Shown piece after piece: positions 26,896 through 36,476 of a stretch of DNA of 64,000 nt. Origin of the DNA: an uncultured Planctomycetaceae bacterium (GTDB lineage Bacteria; Planctomycetota; Planctomycetia; Pirellulales; PALSA-1355); NCBI GenBank assembly GCA_964598535.1, contig CAZRCI010000028.1, positions 1,489-65,488 of the forward strand, in the 5' to 3' direction. The notes beneath the pieces are model-generated. The model worked only from the letters and a program-made list of their open reading frames with translations, made no database searches and was not told the origin of the DNA. How positions within the stretch are numbered: position 1 is the stretch's first letter; each line of letters begins with the position of its first letter. Position numbers and translations under genes: made by a program.

Positions 26896-27849
26896 CTATC
26901 CGCGCGACGCCGCGCCCGCGGCCGAGAAGGCACGCAGGATACAATCTTGCACCGCGGCGACGTCGACCTTCGTGGCCACGGAGATATTCGTTCGCCACTC
27001 GCGGTTTCGGCGGCGATCGAACACCGTTGCCCCGCGCGTGAGCTCCCCGGCCAATTCCACGTCGACTGCGGTCAGTTCGATCTCGAACAACTCGGGATGC
27101 AACGCCGCGACGAGGGCCACCGCATCGTTCAGGCAAATGCTCTCGTAGCCCAGTTCTTGCCGGTACGAACGAAACAGGTGCGGCAGGACTTTGCCCAGGA
27201 CCCGGCCCACGCGGCTCGTGTTCGGCGGCAAACGATCGAGCAGGTCGAACCCGAAGGTTACCTGCCGCGTGATGTCGATCGGAATTAAGGTTTTCGTCGC
27301 TGCCGCCGAGCGAAACACGGTTCGAGCGGCTTCCGGGTCGCAGTAGATATTGAAGTCGGCCGCCGGCGTGATGTTGCCCACGCCGGCCAGGGTCCCCCCC
27401 ATGATCACGATCTCGCGCACTTGCTCCGCCAGCGACGGATCGCGAGCGAAGGCCCGGGCCACGTTCGTGAGCGGTCCTAGCGCCACGATCGTCAGCTCGC
27501 CGGGCGCCGCGCGCACTTCGTCGTAGATCAGCTTGTCGGCGGCGTGCCGGTGTTGGAGTTCGGAGACTTGGAAGTTTGCGTTGCCCAGGCCGTCCGAGCC
27601 GTGCAGGACGACGTTTCGCGATGGCAACCCCAGGTCGGGCGAGGAGGCCACACCGATCCGCGGCCAGCGTGGCGGATCGAGTTGCTCGACCAGGGACTGC
27701 ACGTTTCGCGTGGCTTGGTCCGGCTGGACGTTTCCGCCCACGGCGGTAATGGCCACAACCTCAAGCTGTGGATCGAACAGCGCCATGCACAGGGCCACGG
27801 CATCGTCGATGCCCGGGTCCACGTCCAATAGAATCTTTCTTGTCAGCAT
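26896..27849 (-). CDS. nucleoside hydrolase (IU-NH family)
   Basis: N-terminal DVDPGIDDAVAL (DxDxxxDD) fingerprint. Alternative start at 27873. Confidence 0.85.
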   Translation of the reverse strand: MLTRKILLDVDPGIDDAVALCMALFDPQLEVVAITAVGGNVQPDQATRNVQSLVEQLDPPRWPRIGVASSPDLGLPSRNVVLHGSDGLGNANFQVSELQHRHAADKLIYDEVRAAPGELTIVALGPLTNVARAFARDPSLAEQVREIVIMGGTLAGVGNITPAADFNIYCDPEAARTVFRSAAATKTLIPIDITRQVTFGFDLLDRLPPNTSRVGRVLGKVLPHLFRSYRQELGYESICLNDAVALVAALHPELFEIELTAVDVELAGELTRGATVFDRRRNREWRTNISVATKVDVAAVQDCILRAFSAAGAASRG

Positions 27850-28079
27850 GACGTTCTCGAATCTGTCGCGCATGAAAACCGAACTTCAGCCTGCCGGCCC
27901 TGCAAAGAGGCGCGGGGATTGTAGAGCCGAGAGCCCCTTCTAACAAGACTATACCATGTGCTAACGTCGGGCCGCGCCGGGGCTTGCCTCCGGTGTCCTT
28001 ACCCGGCGTTCGACGCTAGAATCAGGCGGCGTCGCCCGATTGCGAGCGGGTTCGCCAGCGAGCAAACCAACGAGGAAGC

Positions 28080-29111
28080 ATGATCGTGATCGAAGTAATC
28101 TTAGGACGGCTAGCCGGCGGCGAAGATCTCTCGATGGACGAAATGTCCGCCGCGATCGACGCCGTGGTCGAAGGCCGTTGCACGCCCGGCCAGATTGGCA
28201 TCCTGCTCACGGCCTTGCGGGCCAAGGGAGAAACGGCCCCAGAGGTCGCCGGAGCGGCCCGGGCTTTGCGGCGGCGGATGACGCCCATTCGCACGACGCG
28301 CGACGACGTGCTCGATACCTGTGGTACTGGTGGGGATGGCTCTGGAACATTCAATATCAGCACTGCGGCGGCCATCGTCGTGGCCGCTGCCGGGGTGCCC
28401 GTGGCCAAGCATGGCAATCGAGCCATTACGAGCCGCACCGGCTCGGCCGACGTGCTCACGGCGCTGGGCGTCAATGTCGCGGCCGCCGTTCCCCAGGTCG
28501 AACGCTGTCTCGAAGAGCTCGGCATTTGCTTTTGCTTCGCGCCGCTGATGCATCCGTCGATGAAGCAAGTGGCCGAAGTCCGCCAGCAACTCGGCTTTCC
28601 TACGATCTTCAACCTGCTGGGCCCGCTGGCGAATCCGGCCCGTGCTCCCTATCAGGTCGTGGGCGTGGGCCGCGGCGAGTTGCGCCCGCTCGTGGCCGAG
28701 GCGCTGCACTTGCTCGGCGCGCGCCGGGCAATTGTCGTGCACGGCGAAGATGGCCTCGACGAGGTCACGTTGGCCGGCCCCACGCGCGTCACCGAGGTCA
28801 CGTCCGAGGGACTGCGCAGCTTCAGTTGGACGCCGAGCGATTTCGGCCTTCAGCCCAGGACCCTCGAATCGTTGCAAGTCACCGGCCCCGAGGATAGCGC
28901 TCGCGTGATTCGCGGCGTCTTGGCGGCCAAATCGGGCGCCTCGCGAGAGATTGTCGTCATGAACGCCGCCGCTGCGCTGTGGCTGGCCGGTAAGGCCGAA
29001 ACGCCGCTGGCCGCCGCCGAGCTGGCCGCCGAGGCCATCGAGTCGGGAGCGGCGCTCGCGCTGCTCGAACGGTTGGCCGTCTTGAGCCATGAGCGTACTG
29101 ACGATGCCTGA
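28080..29111 (+). CDS. trpD: anthranilate phosphoribosyltransferase
   Basis: CGTGGDGSGTFNISTAAA, KHGNRAITSRTGSADVL. Confidence 0.92.
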   Translation: MIVIEVILGRLAGGEDLSMDEMSAAIDAVVEGRCTPGQIGILLTALRAKGETAPEVAGAARALRRRMTPIRTTRDDVLDTCGTGGDGSGTFNISTAAAIVVAAAGVPVAKHGNRAITSRTGSADVLTALGVNVAAAVPQVERCLEELGICFCFAPLMHPSMKQVAEVRQQLGFPTIFNLLGPLANPARAPYQVVGVGRGELRPLVAEALHLLGARRAIVVHGEDGLDEVTLAGPTRVTEVTSEGLRSFSWTPSDFGLQPRTLESLQVTGPEDSARVIRGVLAAKSGASREIVVMNAAAALWLAGKAETPLAAAELAAEAIESGAALALLERLAVLSHERTDDA

Positions 29112-29853
29112 AATCACCTGTCGCTGGATGCTCGAAGGATCGGCCGGCGGCGCCTGGCAAATGGCCGTTGACGAGGTGCTGCTCGAAAGCGCCGCCGAGC
29201 AAGATCAAGCTACGCTACGATTTTATCAGTGGAGCGAGCCCACGCTGTCGCTGGGCTACTTTCAGTCCTATCGCGAGCGGCGACAGCACGTTCCCAGTCG
29301 CGATTGCGACCTCGTTCGTCGGCAGACCGGCGGCGGCGCGATCATGCACGATCGCGAGTGGACCTATAGCTTGGCGCTGCCCATCGCTCATCCGCTGGCT
29401 GCCAACGCGACCTTTCTCTACCACGCCGTGCACGAGGCCCTGTGCGAAACCCTCATCGAATGGGGGGTGTCGCTCGCGGTGCGCGGGAAGTCGCCCTCGG
29501 TTGCCGCTCCTCAGCAGCCATTCTTGTGCTTTCTCCGCCAGACCGAAGGCGATGTCTTGTGCGACGGCATCAAAGTGTGCGGCAGCGCGCAGCGCCGTCG
29601 TCGCGGCGCCATTCTTCAGCACGGTTCGCTCATCCTGGCACGCAGCCCGCACGCTCCCGAAGTGGCGGGCATCTGGGAAATTGCCGGAAAAAAGCTGTTT
29701 CATGAGCCGATTCCCGAACGCTGGTCGCGGGCGATTGCCGATCGCCTGGGACTGCGCCTCGTGGGCAGCGGCCTCGGCGAGTTGGAGTTGGATCAGACCC
29801 GCACGCTAGCGCTGGAAAAATACACGGCCGGCGCGTGGACGGAAAAACGCTAG
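29104..29853 (+). CDS. lipoate-protein ligase / octanoyltransferase family (BPL/LPL catalytic domain) protein
   Basis: LRFYQWSEPTLSLGYFQ, RRQTGGGAIMHD, and the lysine context KVCGSAQRR. Overlaps the trpD stop by 8 nt. Confidence 0.75.
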   Translation: MPEITCRWMLEGSAGGAWQMAVDEVLLESAAEQDQATLRFYQWSEPTLSLGYFQSYRERRQHVPSRDCDLVRRQTGGGAIMHDREWTYSLALPIAHPLAANATFLYHAVHEALCETLIEWGVSLAVRGKSPSVAAPQQPFLCFLRQTEGDVLCDGIKVCGSAQRRRRGAILQHGSLILARSPHAPEVAGIWEIAGKKLFHEPIPERWSRAIADRLGLRLVGSGLGELELDQTRTLALEKYTAGAWTEKR

Positions 29854-30128
29854 CAAGTTTGCGGATTCATTCGGGAACGCGCAACGCCGCCGAGCTCGTT
29901 AGCGCGGTGATGTCGCGCTTCGCCGGGGCGGAGTCTTTCCCGACGAGACGCTTGTTTCTCGAAGAGTTTTCTCCGAGGGAATTCTCGCAAACCATGAATC
30001 CTTTTCATGCTTCCGGGCGCAAACTACGGATTCGGCAGATTTGCTGGAATCAGATTGCTCTGTGTCCGATGAGTTGACATAATGCATGGTATCAGGCGAA
30101 TTGCTGGTTGGCTCCGCTATTTATTCTT

Positions 30129-30162
30129 GCGGCACAAAGAAGCAAGCGGCACAGAGAAGCAA
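30129..30162. repeat. tandem 17-mer, 2 copies with 1 mismatch (GCGGCACAAAGAAGCAA / GCGGCACAGAGAAGCAA)
   Basis: Read directly. About 130 nt upstream of the FHA gene, in a less GC-rich spacer. Confidence 0.8.
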
Positions 30163-30292
30163 CCGGCGCATTGATCCATTCTTCATCCACAATCCCTGCT
30201 GGCGCAGTCTGATAGCGTGGGCCATCGTGGTCTACAAGGCACGCTTGCATCCCTAGTTGTGATTGTCGTCGCCTAGGCGATCGGGTCGGACA

Positions 30293-30904
30293 ATGGACTT
30301 AAAACTTAAGGTGCTCGAGGGAAAACACGCCGGTCAGAAGGTCGCGGTGAAAGCGTCCAAATTCTTGATCGGCCGGGCCGAAGATTGCCATCTACGGCCG
30401 GGCAGCGAGTTGATCAGTCGTCATCACTGCGCCCTGTTGGTCGAGGATGGTTATATCGCGGTTCGCGACTTCGGCAGCAAAAACGGCACGTATGTCAACG
30501 ACGAGCGTGTGGCCGGCGAACGTGAGCTCAAGAACGGCGACCTGCTGACCGTGGGAGCCTTGCGATTCGAAGTCGTCGTGGCCCACAACATCGGCGCTCC
30601 CAAGCGGCCTCCCGTGGTCGACGTCAAGCAGGCCGTCGAGCGAACCGCGTCCGACGCGGCCAAGGATCCGTTCGATGTCACGGGCTGGCTCGAAGGCGAG
30701 GCCAGCGACGAGACCGTCCAGCGAGAGGGGCGCGAAGCCGGATTCATGGATACCGATTCCATCAATCTCGCCAATACGCAGACGATTGACGGACAGGATC
30801 TGGAAGATAAGAAATCCAAGCCGAGTCCCTTTGCCAAGCCGGCCACCAAGGACAGCAAAGACGCCGCGGCTTCGATCCTCAGCCAGATGCGAAAACGCCG
30901 TTAA
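30293..30904 (+). CDS. FHA-domain protein
   Basis: ATG 30293. FHA signature FLIGRAEDCHLRP...SRHHCALL...DFGSKNGTYVNDERV...GDLLTVGALRFEV. Confidence 0.8.
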   Translation: MDLKLKVLEGKHAGQKVAVKASKFLIGRAEDCHLRPGSELISRHHCALLVEDGYIAVRDFGSKNGTYVNDERVAGERELKNGDLLTVGALRFEVVVAHNIGAPKRPPVVDVKQAVERTASDAAKDPFDVTGWLEGEASDETVQREGREAGFMDTDSINLANTQTIDGQDLEDKKSKPSPFAKPATKDSKDAAASILSQMRKRR

Positions 30905-31066
30905 CGGCCCGTTGAAATATCGTCGATGGCGTTGGGCCTCGGATTCGTGCCCGCCGGCTTGCTGCGCGTGGCTCTGGCGGGTATCTGTGGAGCTTGTGAC
31001 GTGGCCGGTTCTTATCCGCCACGACCGGTTCCGATCCCTCGCTGCTGCTCTGGAGAGATGTCAAAC

Positions 31067-31270
31067 ATGGCTGCCGATGAAGACGCCCTGCGCCGTCGCT
31101 ACAAAGAGTTTCTCGACCTGCTGCCTTTGACGGTCGCCATTGCCGGTTTACCTGTCAGCACGGCGCCCATCAATTTCTCCAACGATCAGATGGAGGTTCG
31201 GGCCAACACGCTGCTCGCGGCTTTCAAGATTGCCAGGCAGCTCACGCGCGACGCGGTCACCGGCGGCTGA
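31067..31270 (+). CDS. hypothetical small protein (67 aa)
   Basis: ATG 9 nt after GGAGAG. The upstream part of ORF 30926-31270 looks non-coding. No family recognised. Confidence 0.4.
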   Translation: MAADEDALRRRYKEFLDLLPLTVAIAGLPVSTAPINFSNDQMEVRANTLLAAFKIARQLTRDAVTGG

Positions 31271-31566
31271 TCGCCGGATCAATTGGAATCCGGAGGTTCC
31301 GGTTTGCAAAGCAACACGGTCCGGGGACGAATTTCCAGCCGATCGACGGTCGCCTTGTAAGGGGCTCTCTTGGTTCCGCATCACCCGCTGTCAAAATGGT
31401 TATAGCCCGCGCCAACGATCGTATTTTGAGCGGCCATGAACTACCGGCCGGGAGTTTCCACGGCCCCAACTTGACCCTGAATTTGGCGTCTTTCTATACT
31501 TTGAACGGCTTCCAGCGGTTGGCTGAACAACCGGCTTTTCTTCCGAGAACGCGAGAGGCTTTTCTG

Positions 31567-31809
31567 ATGCGTGCCGCGAAACCCAAGACGAAGCGTGCCC
31601 TGCTAGGCCTGGGCCTCGATGCCGAAGACGGTCAAACGCGAATTACGCGCGGGAAAAATTTCCTGCTCTGCGGCGGTTCGGCGGAAACGCACGAGGTCAT
31701 GCAAGAGACGGCGATCAAGATCAACGAGCATCTCGATCGCCGCGGGCAGCGGCTCGAGGATGTTTCCGTTCGCGAGCTGCGCGACATCTGCGAAGACATC
31801 CGGCGGTAG
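31567..31809 (+). CDS. hypothetical small protein (80 aa)
   Basis: ATG 8 nt after GAGAGG. Sequence MRAAKPKTKRALLGLGLDAEDGQTRITRGKNFLLCGG...; good codon bias. Confidence 0.5.
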   Translation: MRAAKPKTKRALLGLGLDAEDGQTRITRGKNFLLCGGSAETHEVMQETAIKINEHLDRRGQRLEDVSVRELRDICEDIRR

Positions 31810-31992
31810 TCCGCCGTCTTTCCGGCACAGGCAGCGGTTTCGTGTTCCCGGGGGGGCGGTAGCGACCGCTTGGTTGCGCGTCTGCGCCACGCTCGGATTC
31901 TGGTAATGCCGGGTTTTTCCGCCTAGAATGGCCTCGGCGGACGTGCTTGATCCGCCCTGCTCCGGTCTCGGTGAAACCCGGGGCTTTCATCC

Positions 31993-32607
31993 GTGGTATT
32001 CCTCTCTGTAGCCGGCTTGCAAGCCAGAGGAAACGGTTTGTCCGACGATGTGCGTGAGTTGGTAGACCGGTGCCTGCGCGGCGACCAGGCAGCAATGCTG
32101 CAACTGGTTGACACCTTCCGCGGTCAGGTGTTTGGCCTTTGCTACCGTATGTTGCGGCATCGTCAAGACGCCGAGGACGTTACGCAAGAGAGTTTCGTGC
32201 GGGCGTTGCGGAGTTTGCATCGCTGGGACAGCACGCGGGAGTTTCTGCCCTGGCTTCTAGCCATTGCCGGAAATCGTTGCCGCACGCTGTTGGCTTCGCG
32301 GAAGCGGCAGCCCAGGGCGACTTCGCTCGTCGAGCAGATCAGCGACAACGCGCTCCAGCACGCCGCGGCCAAAAACCTGGCCGAAGAGGTCGAGTTGGCG
32401 CTCGAGACATTACGAGATGAATACCGGCAAGCGTTCTTGCTGTTTCATCAACACGAAATGAGTTATCAGGAAATCAGCGAGGCTTTGGATTGTCCGCTGG
32501 GCACCGTGAAAACCTGGGTCCATCGTGCCCGCCGCGAATTGATCGCGCGGTTGGCGCAACGTGGGGTCGTGCAGGAGCTGAAGAATAATGAAGTGCGGCG
32601 AGTTTGA
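31993..32607 (+). CDS. ECF (group IV) RNA polymerase sigma-70 factor
   Basis: Region 2 DAEDVTQESFVRAL...WLLAIAGNRC; region 4 YQEISEALDCPLGTVKTWVHRARREL. Confidence 0.9.
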   Translation: MVFLSVAGLQARGNGLSDDVRELVDRCLRGDQAAMLQLVDTFRGQVFGLCYRMLRHRQDAEDVTQESFVRALRSLHRWDSTREFLPWLLAIAGNRCRTLLASRKRQPRATSLVEQISDNALQHAAAKNLAEEVELALETLRDEYRQAFLLFHQHEMSYQEISEALDCPLGTVKTWVHRARRELIARLAQRGVVQELKNNEVRRV

Positions 32608-33307
32608 AGTACGCTTGGACGAAATCCTCGACGAGCGCCGACGCCCGGAGTGGGATTCCCGGCTTCACGAGCATTGCGACAGTTGCCAGCGCTGCCGTGA
32701 TCTGGCCGCGGCCTATGGCGTGTTGCTCGAGGGGGTCTCCACGCTCGATATGCCCGAAGCGCCCGGAGATCTGGCCGTCCGCGTGCTCGATGCTTACCAA
32801 GTGCGGCCTCGCTCGGACGCGATCGCGGCGTGGGCTGCCGCCGTCTTCAGTTCGGCCGCGGCGGTTCTCGTGGCGTTCTTCCTCACTCGGGATGCCAATC
32901 GCGAGCTGGTGGCCGTGGCTCCTTCGCCGGCGCCGGCCAGCGTTCAGCAAGTGGAGCGGGGCGAGCAGGTCAAATTCGATCCTGCCCGCTGGAAGAGCGT
33001 GCCGCTGCTGGGGGCCGTCTTTGCTTCGGCCACGGATAATGACGCTTCGACCGATCCCTATGCCGAGCTCGCCAAAGAAACCGGCCGCGGACTGGCCAAC
33101 GTGGTGCTCATGATGCCGGGAGTGGCCGGACCACGTGGCGTTCGTCCTCCCGAGCCGCCCTACGGGTCACAGGGGGCCAGCATCTGGCCTGCTCAGATGA
33201 GCGATGAATTGCGGCCCGTGACGGAATCGGTCAACGAGACGTTCAACCTGATTCTCGATTCTCTGCCCGTGACCTTCTGGTCGAAGAACCGCTTGCGCGA
33301 ATCGTAG
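32588..33307 (+). CDS. anti-sigma factor (zf-HC2 type), single TM
   Basis: Overlaps the sigma gene by 20 nt. N-terminal H-x3-C-x2-C ([10 protein letters not shown]). TM helix [20 protein letters not shown]. Confidence 0.75.
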   Translation: MKCGEFEVRLDEILDERRRPEWDSRLHEHCDSCQRCRDLAAAYGVLLEGVSTLDMPEAPGDLAVRVLDAYQVRPRSDAIAAWAAAVFSSAAAVLVAFFLTRDANRELVAVAPSPAPASVQQVERGEQVKFDPARWKSVPLLGAVFASATDNDASTDPYAELAKETGRGLANVVLMMPGVAGPRGVRPPEPPYGSQGASIWPAQMSDELRPVTESVNETFNLILDSLPVTFWSKNRLRES

Positions 33308-33692
33308 CGGTGAGAAGTTTCGGGGCGTGATGGCCCGGCGGAGCCGCGCCCCTCCTTGTCGGCTCGCTCGCCGTCCTCGACAAAAAGGCGGCGTTGGCCT
33401 CATCAAGCGGCTCCCGCCAAGCGGCGCTATCAAACGGTGCCGTGGCTCGCGTTTCTTGCCGGGCCTGTGGGGCTCTCTCCCGGCTTCGGCGGTCTCCGCG
33501 TCTCATGCTACCGGAGGCGGCCCTTCCCTCTGTGGGCCATTGCCGGAGCTCCGGAACCCTTCTGTAACCGGCACGACCGATACCACCGGTCATTTTTCTG
33601 TAGCCGTAAATTCTTGGGTAGCTTCCAGTCGATTGCCTTTTTTAGCCATCCGGCAAAGATTCACCAGGCTACTTAATCAGGAGGGTTTAACC

Positions 33693-34064
33693 TTGGCGAA
33701 GACAACGACGAAGAGCAAGCGGAGCGCAAGTGCCGTGGCCACCATCGACAGTCGCAAGGGGCGCGACCGGCGCACCACCGAACGTCGCAAGGATGTCGTG
33801 GCCGTCGCGGCCGAGCGTCGTGGGGGTCAGCGCCGTGAAAAGGTGAATCGCCGCCGGCAAATCGATCCGACCACCTGCGAACGCGACTACACGGACGCTG
33901 AAATCGAGTTCATGCATGCCCTCGACCAATACAAGCGTTCGAGCGGCCGGATGTTTCCCACCTGCAGCGAAGTGCTCGAAGTGCTGCTCGCCCTGGGTTA
34001 CGAAAAGAAGCACGCCGACTATGGTGCTGCCGAATCCAGACAACTGTGCGCGGTCGAGTGCTAG
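33693..34064 (+). CDS. hypothetical basic protein (123 aa)
   Basis: TTG start 7 nt after a strong AGGAGGG. Lys/Arg-rich N-terminal half, then a compact C-terminal domain ([42 protein letters not shown]). Confidence 0.6.
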   Translation: MAKTTTKSKRSASAVATIDSRKGRDRRTTERRKDVVAVAAERRGGQRREKVNRRRQIDPTTCERDYTDAEIEFMHALDQYKRSSGRMFPTCSEVLEVLLALGYEKKHADYGAAESRQLCAVEC

Positions 34065-34377
34065 CAGCCTGCTGATTTTTTTTCAGCAGCGAGTGCCCCG
34101 TCAGGGGGCTCCAAGCCTAGCGTTTGGCGTTACGCGTCATCCCAACGAAACCGAACGGACACTCCACGAGCACGCGTTCCCCCCTCCCTGGGAGCGATCG
34201 GCGTTTTCCCGGCCGCACGTCGTTTTTGGAACGGCGTGCGGCCGCTGGCGTTTCGGGTCGCGGCAAAACTGCTCTTGCGGCCTGGCATCTTCAACGATAT
34301 TGTCCGCCGCGCAGCCGATTCTAGCGAACCTTTTCGTTCACCGAACCGTGTGTCCCGCGGGCTCCCTTTTATTAACC

Positions 34378-35121
34378 GTGAATGCCGCATCAAAACCGTC
34401 TGGCTCTCGCTTTGGCGCCGCGTGCCTCGTCGCGTTGGTTGTGGCCGCGTGCGGTTGTTCGTTGGCTGCGAACTCGCAAAATTCCGATGGCGTTCGGATG
34501 TTCGACCAGGCCTACTATCAGGGAGCGCAGCAAAAGTTTTTGCAAGCGATCCAATCGGACCCCAACAATCCGGACGGATATTACAACCTCGCCCGCACGT
34601 ATCATCAGCTTGGCAAGCTTCACAATCAGCCGGCCGATCTTGATCAGGCCGAGCGCTATTACAACCTCTGCCTGGATCGCGATCCGAATCGCACGGATTG
34701 CTACCGTGCGTTAGCCGTGCTGCTCACCGAGCGCGGTCGTGCGGCGGATTCCTACCGCCTGATGGAAGGCTGGGCGGCGCGAAATCCGCATCTCGCGGAG
34801 CCCAAGATCGAACTCGCGAGAATCTACGAGGAGTCCGGCAACAGGGACGCCGCGAAACATCAATTGATCGAAGCCGTGACGGTCGAACCGACCAACGCCC
34901 GCGCGCTCGCGGCGCTCGGCAAGCTGCGCGAGGACGCTGGTGAAACCCAGCAGGCGTTGGCGAACTACCAACGCTCGTTGCAACTCAATCCCAACCAACC
35001 GCAACTTGCCTCGCGGGTCGTGGCCCTCAGCATGCCGCAGTTTGCCGTCGGAGCCCCCGTGCAAACTCCACCGGATGGCACCCGCATCGTCACGACGCCG
35101 CAGCAGACGCCCGTCCGCTAA
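34378..35121 (+). CDS. TPR-repeat lipoprotein
   Basis: GTG start. Lipobox LVVAACGCS. TPR-like repeats (AQQKFLQAIQSDPNNPDGYYNLARTY..., ALANYQRSLQLNPNQP). Confidence 0.7.
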   Translation: MNAASKPSGSRFGAACLVALVVAACGCSLAANSQNSDGVRMFDQAYYQGAQQKFLQAIQSDPNNPDGYYNLARTYHQLGKLHNQPADLDQAERYYNLCLDRDPNRTDCYRALAVLLTERGRAADSYRLMEGWAARNPHLAEPKIELARIYEESGNRDAAKHQLIEAVTVEPTNARALAALGKLREDAGETQQALANYQRSLQLNPNQPQLASRVVALSMPQFAVGAPVQTPPDGTRIVTTPQQTPVR

Positions 35122-35142
35122 CAGGCCGTTCATCGTCTCTCG

Positions 35143-36144
35143 CTAGTGCCCGGCTTCCGTGCCCATCGCATAGCTCGAAATCGCCTTGGTATAGTTGGCC
35201 CGAGCGAACGCCGCCCGATCGGGGCAGCGCAGTTGGCTGCACATTCCCCGAATTTGGTCGACGGAGCGATATTCGTGCGCTTCGAGCCAGGTTTCGATAC
35301 CGCCAACGAGCGTCGTCAGAGAATTCACGCCGTGACGATAGAGCATCGACGCCACCATCACCACGTCGGCCCCGGCCATGAGCATGCGAATCGCGTCATC
35401 CGCGAAATGAATGCCGGTCGTTGCGGCCAACGATGTTTCGAGCCGGCCATGCAGCAGCCCGATCCAACGCAGCGCCAAACGCATGTCGTCCGGGTTGCTG
35501 AGCGACAATCGAGGCACGACACGCATCGAATCCAGATCGATCTCCGGTTGCAGAAACCGGTTGAACAGCACCAGCCCGTCGGCGCCGACTTCCACCAATC
35601 GTCGCGCCATGTTTGGCAGCGCGGTAAAATAGGGGCCAATCTTCACGGACAGTGGAATCGTGACCTGGTCGCGCACCGCGGAGACTAGCTCGGTGTACCG
35701 GTTTTCCACGTCGCGGCTCGTCGTGCCAAGATCGGTTACCAGCAGATAGGCGTTCAACTCCAGCGCATCGGCGCCGGCGTCTTGGAGCCGTTGGGCAAAC
35801 TTGAGCCAGTCGCCCCCTTGCTGCACGTTCATGCTGCCGATCAGCGGAATCGAGACCGCGTTCTTTGCGCTCTCGAGGTATTTGAGATACGCCTCGGGGC
35901 CTCGATTGTAGGCCTTCAGCTCATTGAAGTACGCGGCCGCTTCCATTTCCGCGTAGCCCGCGTCCTCGGCGAGTTCGGGCGGTTCGAACTGCTCTTCGAA
36001 AATCGATGGCAGCACGGCGGCCGCGGCCCCATGATCGGCCAGCCGCTTCAACACGTCGAGTTCACCGACCAGCGGGCAGGCCGATACCACGACGGGATTT
36101 GTCAGCCGCAATCCCAGATAGTTTGTAGTCAAGTCGATCGTCAT
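35143..36144 (-). CDS. dihydroorotate dehydrogenase-like (class 1 DHOD/DPD-type TIM barrel) protein
   Basis: ATG 36144, 9 nt after GAGGAGG. Has NPVVVSACPL and LELNAY, and the size is typical of the family. The substrate is not inferable. Confidence 0.65.
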   Translation of the reverse strand: MTIDLTTNYLGLRLTNPVVVSACPLVGELDVLKRLADHGAAAAVLPSIFEEQFEPPELAEDAGYAEMEAAAYFNELKAYNRGPEAYLKYLESAKNAVSIPLIGSMNVQQGGDWLKFAQRLQDAGADALELNAYLLVTDLGTTSRDVENRYTELVSAVRDQVTIPLSVKIGPYFTALPNMARRLVEVGADGLVLFNRFLQPEIDLDSMRVVPRLSLSNPDDMRLALRWIGLLHGRLETSLAATTGIHFADDAIRMLMAGADVVMVASMLYRHGVNSLTTLVGGIETWLEAHEYRSVDQIRGMCSQLRCPDRAAFARANYTKAISSYAMGTEAGH

Positions 36145-36476
36145 GGTTACTGCCCTCCTCGCCTCTCGCTGCCGTGTAGTGACTTGGGTGAGAAATCGTT
36201 CCTTCTCTCCATGGCCGCCGCCCGCAGCCGGTTCCATTTCCTATACGTAGAGGGGGCATTTACCGTGCCGGAGCCGGAGAGAGTCGCTCCGCCACGCAGC
36301 TATGGCGGTTTTCCGCAGTCGGATGCTCGAGGGTTAGCTGTGCGAAATCGGTCATGCTGTGACAAAATGGCACGCCTTGCGCGTCCTGCCCGATGAAATG
36401 GCCGAATGGCTGGCCAGTGGTCAAACGCACTCGAACCCCTTACAATGACTCGTTTTCCAATGTGCTGTTACCGGCC

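Noticed and set aside
33327-33692. Upstream extension of the basic-protein ORF, and the similar extension 33916-34377 of the TPR lipoprotein ORF
   Set aside because: The extensions are Arg/Pro/Gly/Ser-rich junk. Strong internal start signals exist: AGGAGGG plus TTG at 33693, and a lipobox right after the GTG at 34378.
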